Origin: Patescibacteria group bacterium | Lineage (GTDB): Bacteria; Patescibacteriota; Minisyncoccia; UBA6257; JACRHW01 | Direction of reading: 5' to 3' | DNA length: 64,000 nucleotides | Assembly: GCA_028865725.1 (NCBI GenBank) | Contig: JAGWJP010000001.1 | Location: forward strand, 207,143 to 271,142 | Shown: positions 58,561-64,000 of the stretch, in pieces | Layout of the letters: every line of letters begins with the position of its first letter | How positions within the stretch are numbered: the stretch's first letter is position 1 | Program-made: the position numbers and the translations under genes | The notes under the pieces: model-generated | The model's database searches: none | Told to the model about the DNA's origin: nothing | What the model saw: only the letters and a program-made list of their open reading frames with translations

Positions 58561-60123
58561 CAATCGTGGATTTTTGGCATAGAGATGCTCTAAATCCTCT
58601 TGTTTTATCTGCTTTTTTCGAGGTTCTAACCGCTTGTGAATCTCTGCAACCTCTTTTGAGACTATTTCCATCGGCACAAGCGAATTTTCTAGGTCAATAC
58701 TGATGATCCTATCTTTTAGTATGAGGTTCTGACCGAGCGTTGAGAAAATGCGTTTTCTGATCTCCAAAGAGCCATTATTAAACTTGTCGGCGGCGTCTCT
58801 TACGAACTGAAGCATTTCATCGGCTGTTTTGATTTGTTTATCTACTCGGTCGCCCGTATCGTTGAATAGCTCCTCAAGACGTGCCTTATCACGCTTCAAT
58901 GGCGACATTTTGACGTTGAAGTCGGTATCGTCGATAAGTCCGCTTGCTCGCATATCAATAAGCCCGTCTATCTTTTTGAGACAGAGCTTGTATTCTTTCT
59001 GCTGGACGTCGATCACGGCGTTTCTCCCGACTGCTTCTTTGGCGAACTCATTCCTAAACCACTTGAGACCGAAAGCGTGGAACTCGGGCGGTATCCTCAA
59101 GCTCATGATTTTGCCTACGATCTGTTTTTCGAGTTTTTTCGTCTCAACGCATTTCTGTGAGCATTTCGGATTGATGCGTTTGGTGCAGTGATAATAGATA
59201 TAGTGATGTACCTTGCCGTTCTGCTGCCTTTTGAATTTTTCTTCGGCGGTAATTGATCCGTTGCATTCTCCGCATCGCATCATTCCCGTGAAATCAAAGA
59301 TATGGCTTTTCGGTCTCGGTTTTCCTTTTTTGCCCAGCAAGAATTGTATGCGATCGTATTCTTCCTCGGTGATCATCGGTTTATGGACGCCTTTGACCCA
59401 ATTTCCGCTACCCATCGGATACTCAAACATGCCGTAGTAAAACGGTCTGCTGAATATGTTGTACATCGTTGATCTTCCAAGTTTCTTGCCTTGTCGGGTT
59501 TTATAACCCCATTCTTCGTTTGCGATACGGAGAATATCAATAGGCGTGTAAGTTCCTGTAAGCATGAGATCGAACATGCGGCGTACTGTATCAAAGCGTT
59601 CAGGATCGGGCAGAATGGTCTTTGTGCCACGTTCCGCATATTTATCATTCATGTATCCCTGCGATGCAGGGGCGGGCATTACGCCCTTATCAACCTTGGC
59701 TCGCAGTCCACGCTTGGTGTTCTGGCTCAAGTCTCGCAGGAATTGGTTCGCCATGCCGAATTCAACGCTCATCATAAGAACATTGTCGGTTGGGTAATAG
59801 CTCTTCTCAAACGTTCGTATATGCTGAATGACGCCTTGCTGGAGCATCCAGTTGATATTGCCGCCGTCCACGGGATTGCGTGCCAGACGGTCTAGTTTCC
59901 AGCACAAGATGCCTTGAGCCTCGCCTTTGTAGATTCGCTCTATCATTTCGTTGAATACGGCTCTTCCTGGAGCTTTGGCGGACTTGGATTCAAAGAGTGG
60001 TGTTACGATCTCCAGCCCCTCTCGTTTTGCCAATCGTTCAAGCTCTGCAATCTGGGATTCGATTGAGGCGACTTGGCGATCTTCCGATTCGGACGATTTT
60101 CGAGCATAGAGGAAGTATTTCAT
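58501..60123 (-). CDS. large serine recombinase (resolvase/invertase-type integrase); C-terminal coding overlaps tRNA-Gln antisense
   Basis: MKYFLYARKSSESEDRQ... carries the catalytic Ser within YxRxS. ...GILCWKLDRLARNP... is also present, plus a large C-terminal recombinase domain. The ORF has no stop until 58501, so the last 19 codons are the reverse complement of the tRNA-Gln 3' half. Confidence 0.8.
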   Translation of the reverse strand: MKYFLYARKSSESEDRQVASIESQIAELERLAKREGLEIVTPLFESKSAKAPGRAVFNEMIERIYKGEAQGILCWKLDRLARNPVDGGNINWMLQQGVIQHIRTFEKSYYPTDNVLMMSVEFGMANQFLRDLSQNTKRGLRAKVDKGVMPAPASQGYMNDKYAERGTKTILPDPERFDTVRRMFDLMLTGTYTPIDILRIANEEWGYKTRQGKKLGRSTMYNIFSRPFYYGMFEYPMGSGNWVKGVHKPMITEEEYDRIQFLLGKKGKPRPKSHIFDFTGMMRCGECNGSITAEEKFKRQQNGKVHHYIYYHCTKRINPKCSQKCVETKKLEKQIVGKIMSLRIPPEFHAFGLKWFRNEFAKEAVGRNAVIDVQQKEYKLCLKKIDGLIDMRASGLIDDTDFNVKMSPLKRDKARLEELFNDTGDRVDKQIKTADEMLQFVRDAADKFNNGSLEIRKRIFSTLGQNLILKDRIISIDLENSLVPMEIVSKEVAEIHKRLEPRKKQIKQEDLEHLYAKNPRLLPDLDSNQDTRLQRAMSYH

Positions 60124-60302
60124 TTTTTGAGTGTAGTCTTTCATAAACTTAAACGGACGGTTCTGGCTATCCAATTCGCTTGCTCCAGAGGAGTAGCCAT
60201 ACTGGCAGAACCGCCCGTTTAGGGAGAGTATGGCTCAACAAAAAACCTCTGGGATTGAAAACGAATTTGGATAGCATATTGATTATACTATATTTTTGAA
60301 GA

Positions 60303-61526
60303 TTAGTGAAAGTCGATGCTTGGGTTGTAAGTTGGTTTTGGTTTCCAATTATGTCTCTCGAATTTATCAAGTGCTATCTGTATGTCGCTTACTATGTGAT
60401 CTGTGGGCAGATCTTTGAGATTTTCCAACGTGCGATCCAGTTTTACATGCATACGATTCCAACTTTTTGGTGTCCAATTTTTTTCAATTTTGTCTCTTAT
60501 TTTGCGAGCACCGCATTTGTTTACAAGGGTATACAGTGCAAAATCCTGCAAAAGCTTATTCAAAGAGTGGGCTTTTCTTTTGCCAGTGGAAATATAACTG
60601 TTAATCATTGCATCGAAGATTTCTTCTGGGGGTCTATCCATTTTTAAGGCGAGCTGACTTGCTGATCCGCCAATGATCTCTTGCCAGCTTTGGAGAACTG
60701 CCTTTTTGCACAATTCTTGATCAAAGATTTCCTCGAAGACAATGCCGCTTATTTTTCTGCTCAAGGCTTTTGTGAGGAAGGCATTAAGACTTGGCTGTTT
60801 TGTTAATCTTACCTCGAAACGCAGAATGTCCTGTTCAAAATCACTGGTGCGGATCAGTTCCTTTTCGAATTTAAGCTTATCCTTTTCTACAGCCCTATTT
60901 TTTGGTTCTTCCATTTCTTTGAGTTTATCGTAGAAAATGATGTTGTAAGACGATGCGTAAAAATACAACGCCTGACCCCCGTTTTCATAATGACGCATAT
61001 TGATGGCTTTGCTTTTTCCTACATCCGCTTTATAAAGCTCTGCAATTGCGTCTTGAGCCGTTAACGGGCTTGGAAGCGGGATATTCTTACCAAAGTGAGC
61101 CTCTATGACCATTGCCTTGCGTAGCGTGGTTTCAGTGGCTTCTATTCCCATAAATTGAAGTTGAGTCTTTAGAGTGCTGACAACTCTGCTAAAATCGTCG
61201 TTGGAAAGCTCTTGAAGGCTTTGCCTAAAAATCAATTTTGGGATCGAGAAACGAATGTGTAGAAAATAAATAGGCATATTATTTTCAAAGCGTTGGTATC
61301 CCGTAAGCGAGGGTTTGTAATTATTAACTTTTTTGTCCTCGGAGGTCATATTCTGCTTATATTTTTCATACTTGTTATGTCCATAAGCGAAATTTGAATT
61401 ATAGTTTTGGGGAGAAAACGCAGGCGTGAAGAAGCTCGGATTCGTTACCCTAAAGTCTGGATATTTTAGTTTTAGGGTTACCGTATCGAGCATGTAATCC
61501 TTCGCTTTGTTGTTTGGAGTATTCAT
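60303..61526 (-). CDS. hypothetical protein of the integrated element (possible replication-initiation/relaxase-type protein)
   Basis: 407 aa. It lies between the recombinase and the R-M genes. No catalytic motif can be assigned with confidence. Confidence 0.45.
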   Translation of the reverse strand: MNTPNNKAKDYMLDTVTLKLKYPDFRVTNPSFFTPAFSPQNYNSNFAYGHNKYEKYKQNMTSEDKKVNNYKPSLTGYQRFENNMPIYFLHIRFSIPKLIFRQSLQELSNDDFSRVVSTLKTQLQFMGIEATETTLRKAMVIEAHFGKNIPLPSPLTAQDAIAELYKADVGKSKAINMRHYENGGQALYFYASSYNIIFYDKLKEMEEPKNRAVEKDKLKFEKELIRTSDFEQDILRFEVRLTKQPSLNAFLTKALSRKISGIVFEEIFDQELCKKAVLQSWQEIIGGSASQLALKMDRPPEEIFDAMINSYISTGKRKAHSLNKLLQDFALYTLVNKCGARKIRDKIEKNWTPKSWNRMHVKLDRTLENLKDLPTDHIVSDIQIALDKFERHNWKPKPTYNPSIDFH

Positions 61527-61585
61527 TGTTGTCTTATTGAGCTAATTTTGTTGTCCCGAAATTTCGAGGAATACTCCGAACTTTT

Positions 61586-61783
61586 TTAACGCTTCTCTTT
61601 TTCCTCGACTTTAATGCGACCAAAAGAAGACTCGTCGTAAACGGCTTTATAGAGATTTACAAGGTTATTGGCTCGGTATGACGCTTCCTCATCTGAAAGC
61701 TCGATGCCGTAGCGTTCCTTGTAAAGTTTTTTGAATTCTTCTATGGCTTCTTTTGGCAACACGATAAAAAGTCCGCTATTCAC
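61586..61783 (-). CDS. hypothetical small protein
   Basis: 65 aa. Lies downstream of an inverted-repeat operator-like structure. Confidence 0.3.
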   Translation of the reverse strand: MNSGLFIVLPKEAIEEFKKLYKERYGIELSDEEASYRANNLVNLYKAVYDESSFGRIKVEEKEKR

Positions 61784-61870
61784 TTAGCAGGTTCTTGAAC
61801 GCCACGAGGCGACCTACTAAGTAAGCAACGGACTTACTTATCGGGCGTTCAAGATTATTTGTTGATTTTG

Positions 61871-61904
61871 AAAAAATAAAAAAACCAGCAGTTCATTCTG
61901 CTGG
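61871..61904 (-). terminator. rho-independent terminator for the 62117-62704 gene
   Basis: On the minus strand: CCAGCAG-AATGAA-CTGCTGG followed by TTTTTTT. Confidence 0.55.
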
Positions 61905-62116
61905 TCATTTATGTGTGGAATTAAAAAAGCCAAAACAATAAATACCAGTTCTAAAGTGAACCGCTATTCATTGTTCTGGCTTCCACAGCCCGCCTTTGCG
62001 GGTTACCTGTATGGCTCTAAAACAACGTGTCGCAACCGCATCCCGTGGTTGCAACGATTTATTTATCAAACCTTATTATTAATACTAGCGTATCCAAGCT
62101 ATTTCGTCAATGGGTG

Positions 62117-62704
62117 TTATTTGGTTTCGAAATGAATGACACCAGAATCATCAATTTTGAAGTAATTCAGTCTTCCGCAGGAACGGCAACGCCAGTATTT
62201 TTCTTCCTCAAATTTAACCATCAATGCTCTTATTTCCTCGTAAGAAATAAGCCCCTTTCCTTGAAAACGACCGCATTGACACACCCATTTGGGATTATTC
62301 GAATGAGCAAGAAATTTATTTATGGAATCTGGTATTTTGAAAACCTCGTCTTCTATTTCACGCAATAAAGCGGAAAGATATTCTCGATCTTTTAATTTAT
62401 AATCGGCTGGATAGCTATAAGCTTGCGAAAATACAGGGAGATCGTTTTCGTCAGTTTCAACTTCTACGTCCTCTATGTTGATTAACTCTATCGCTCCAGT
62501 TTTTTCTTCCACGTATTTTGCTAATTCCCAATTCCACGGAGCCGCACGTAACAAATCCCCATGTTCATCCAATAGCATTCTTTTTAATATACGTATCACT
62601 TCTTGGGATGACATCTTTGTCTTTTCCTGTGCGTATTTTAATAAGCTGTGAGCCTCCCTTTGTGGGTTGGGTTTGATTATCTTGCGTTTTGCGTAAATGG
62701 ACAT
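62117..62704 (-). CDS. hypothetical protein with C-terminal Cys4 zinc ribbon (CQCG...CRSCG)
   Basis: 195 aa. Transcribed divergently from the C5 methyltransferase. Confidence 0.45.
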   Translation of the reverse strand: MSIYAKRKIIKPNPQREAHSLLKYAQEKTKMSSQEVIRILKRMLLDEHGDLLRAAPWNWELAKYVEEKTGAIELINIEDVEVETDENDLPVFSQAYSYPADYKLKDREYLSALLREIEDEVFKIPDSINKFLAHSNNPKWVCQCGRFQGKGLISYEEIRALMVKFEEEKYWRCRSCGRLNYFKIDDSGVIHFETK

Positions 62705-62791
62705 AATGTTTTACAGAAATGCTTTTTTGGGTGTATTCTCAATAGTAAGCATAGTTACGTCAAAAATCAATTTGAGGAGTACTCCAAAAAA

Positions 62792-63781
62792 ATGACAAAA
62801 AAGAAATCGCCTCTCAAAAAGTACACTGTTACTTCTTTATTTTCGGGATGCGGGGGTCTTGATTTGGGTTTCAAGGGAGGTTTTTCCGTTTTGGGCAAAA
62901 AATATGGACAACGGTCTTTTGATATATTGTGGGCGAACGATTTTGATGAAAATGCTTGTTTCACTTTCTCAAAAAACTTTGGAGATCCAATAGTTTGCGG
63001 TGATATTGTCCAAATTCTTAGAGGAAATTATCCAGAATCTTCGAATCCAAAGATTCCAGAAAAGGCTGATGTGATTCTTGGTGGTTTTCCTTGTCAGGAT
63101 TTTAGTTTGGCTGGCAAACGAAAAGGATTTGCTGGGGGACGTGGCTTACTTTATCAAAGCATGGTTGAGGTGGTTAAAAGATTGCGACCAGCACTTTTTG
63201 TTGCCGAAAACGTAAGGGGTCTTTTAAGCATGAATAATGGGGCGGCGATAGCCACGATCATTAAAGATTTTTCTGATCTAGGGTATAACGTTGTTTATAA
63301 ACTACATCACGCTGCTGATTTCGGCGTGCCACAAAATAGGGAGCGTGTAATCATTGTTGGTACCGACAAAAAAAGGAATCTTCCAGCCTTCGAATATCCA
63401 AAATCAACTCATGATAACGAGGAGAGGGTAACGCTTTTAGACGCCATTGGGGATCTTGAAAACAAAAAAGAGGGCGAGTTGCCCAATCATTATTGGTCTA
63501 AAGCAAAAATGTTTCCTGGTACTCAAGGCAATACTATAACCAGCCCCGACAAGATTGGTCCGACTATGCGAGCGGAACACCATGGTAATATTGAATGGCA
63601 TTGGAATAAAAAAAGGAGGTTGTCCGCAAGAGAGGCGGCGAGAATACAAACATTTCCAGACGATTTTATTTTTTACCCCTCAACATCGAGTGCTTATAAG
63701 CAAATCGGAAATGCTGTTCCCCCTGTACTTGGTTGGCATATTGCTACAGCAGTAGAAAAATTTCTAAATAAATATCTCTAG
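62792..63781 (+). CDS. DNA (cytosine-5)-methyltransferase
   Basis: Motif I LFSGCGGLDLGF, motif IV GGFPCQDFSLAGKR, motif VI ENV, and motif X at the C-terminus. GAGGAG RBS. Confidence 0.9.
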   Translation: MTKKKSPLKKYTVTSLFSGCGGLDLGFKGGFSVLGKKYGQRSFDILWANDFDENACFTFSKNFGDPIVCGDIVQILRGNYPESSNPKIPEKADVILGGFPCQDFSLAGKRKGFAGGRGLLYQSMVEVVKRLRPALFVAENVRGLLSMNNGAAIATIIKDFSDLGYNVVYKLHHAADFGVPQNRERVIIVGTDKKRNLPAFEYPKSTHDNEERVTLLDAIGDLENKKEGELPNHYWSKAKMFPGTQGNTITSPDKIGPTMRAEHHGNIEWHWNKKRRLSAREAARIQTFPDDFIFYPSTSSAYKQIGNAVPPVLGWHIATAVEKFLNKYL

Positions 63782-63785
63782 TAAC

Positions 63786-64000
63786 ATGATTTACGTGAAC
63801 AAGAACGAAGTATCGGAAAACGATTTTCTTTCTCTTTTGGACAAGACGAAAGTTAAGTTGGAGAGTCTTTTGCAAACGAAGGAAAGACCGAAAGCGATGA
63901 ATGGCGTTGAGTTTGAAAATATGGTTTATGCCAATATGGTAACCGAAGCGGTCGGATCTGATTTTGATGGATATATCGAACAAACTGGTGCCCATGCGTT
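63786..64000 (+). CDS. hypothetical protein, 5' partial within window; candidate cognate restriction endonuclease
   Basis: ATG 5 nt after the methyltransferase stop, co-oriented. MIYVNKNEVSENDFLSLLDKTKVKLESLLQTKERPKAMNGVEFENMVYANMVTEAVGSDFDGYIEQTG... continues past the window end. Confidence 0.4.
   Translation, partial: MIYVNKNEVSENDFLSLLDKTKVKLESLLQTKERPKAMNGVEFENMVYANMVTEAVGSDFDGYIEQTGAHA

Larger units (their letters stand above)
58490..64000. mobile_element. integrated mobile genetic element at tRNA-Gln (right boundary not in window)
   Basis: A tRNA gene abuts a large serine recombinase. Downstream are an element-type replication candidate and a methyltransferase with a presumed endonuclease partner. 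None of this is housekeeping content. Confidence 0.55.

Overview
This 64-kb window has a streamlined, AT-moderate (~43-45% GC) chromosome organisation that looks like a Candidate Phyla Radiation/Patescibacteria-type bacterium. I infer this from rRNA genes full of insertions, a 23S-5S pair with no adjacent 16S, and many small hypothetical genes.

The core content is:
- LemA(partial)-TPM genes at the start.
- A 23S rRNA of ~4.2 kb carrying at least five insertions plus a 5S rRNA.
- A five-gene hypothetical block.
- Cell-wall and cell-division genes: a SEDS glycosyltransferase (FtsW/RodA), MltG, FtsK, a RodZ-like protein, FtsE/FtsX and FtsH.
- Housekeeping genes: rpoB-rpoC, recA, an ITPase, rpsF-ssb-rpsR, Hsp20, a PrsW-like protease, valS, tsaD and prfB with its programmed +1 frameshift.
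- Seven tRNAs.

The main unusual features are:
- A tRNA-like element ending in an encoded CCA sits inside a helix-45 intervening sequence of the 23S rRNA.
- A ~450-nt ORF-less insertion at the domain V peptidyl-transferase-centre region of the 23S looks like a group I intron.
- A three-copy dispersed structured RNA repeat shows compensatory base changes in its stem; one copy lies in the 23S-5S spacer.
- A tRNA-Ile(UAU) gene is flanked by partial 5'-half and 3'-half duplicates.
- An 850-bp gene at 41.1-41.9 kb has strikingly high GC (~60%).
- An AT-rich islet encodes an ATP-grasp ligase and a fold-III PLP decarboxylase, with a convergent radical SAM enzyme next to it.
- A mobile element is integrated at tRNA-Gln from 58.5 kb to the window end. 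It carries a large serine recombinase, a possible replication protein and a cytosine-5 DNA methyltransferase with a presumed endonuclease partner.
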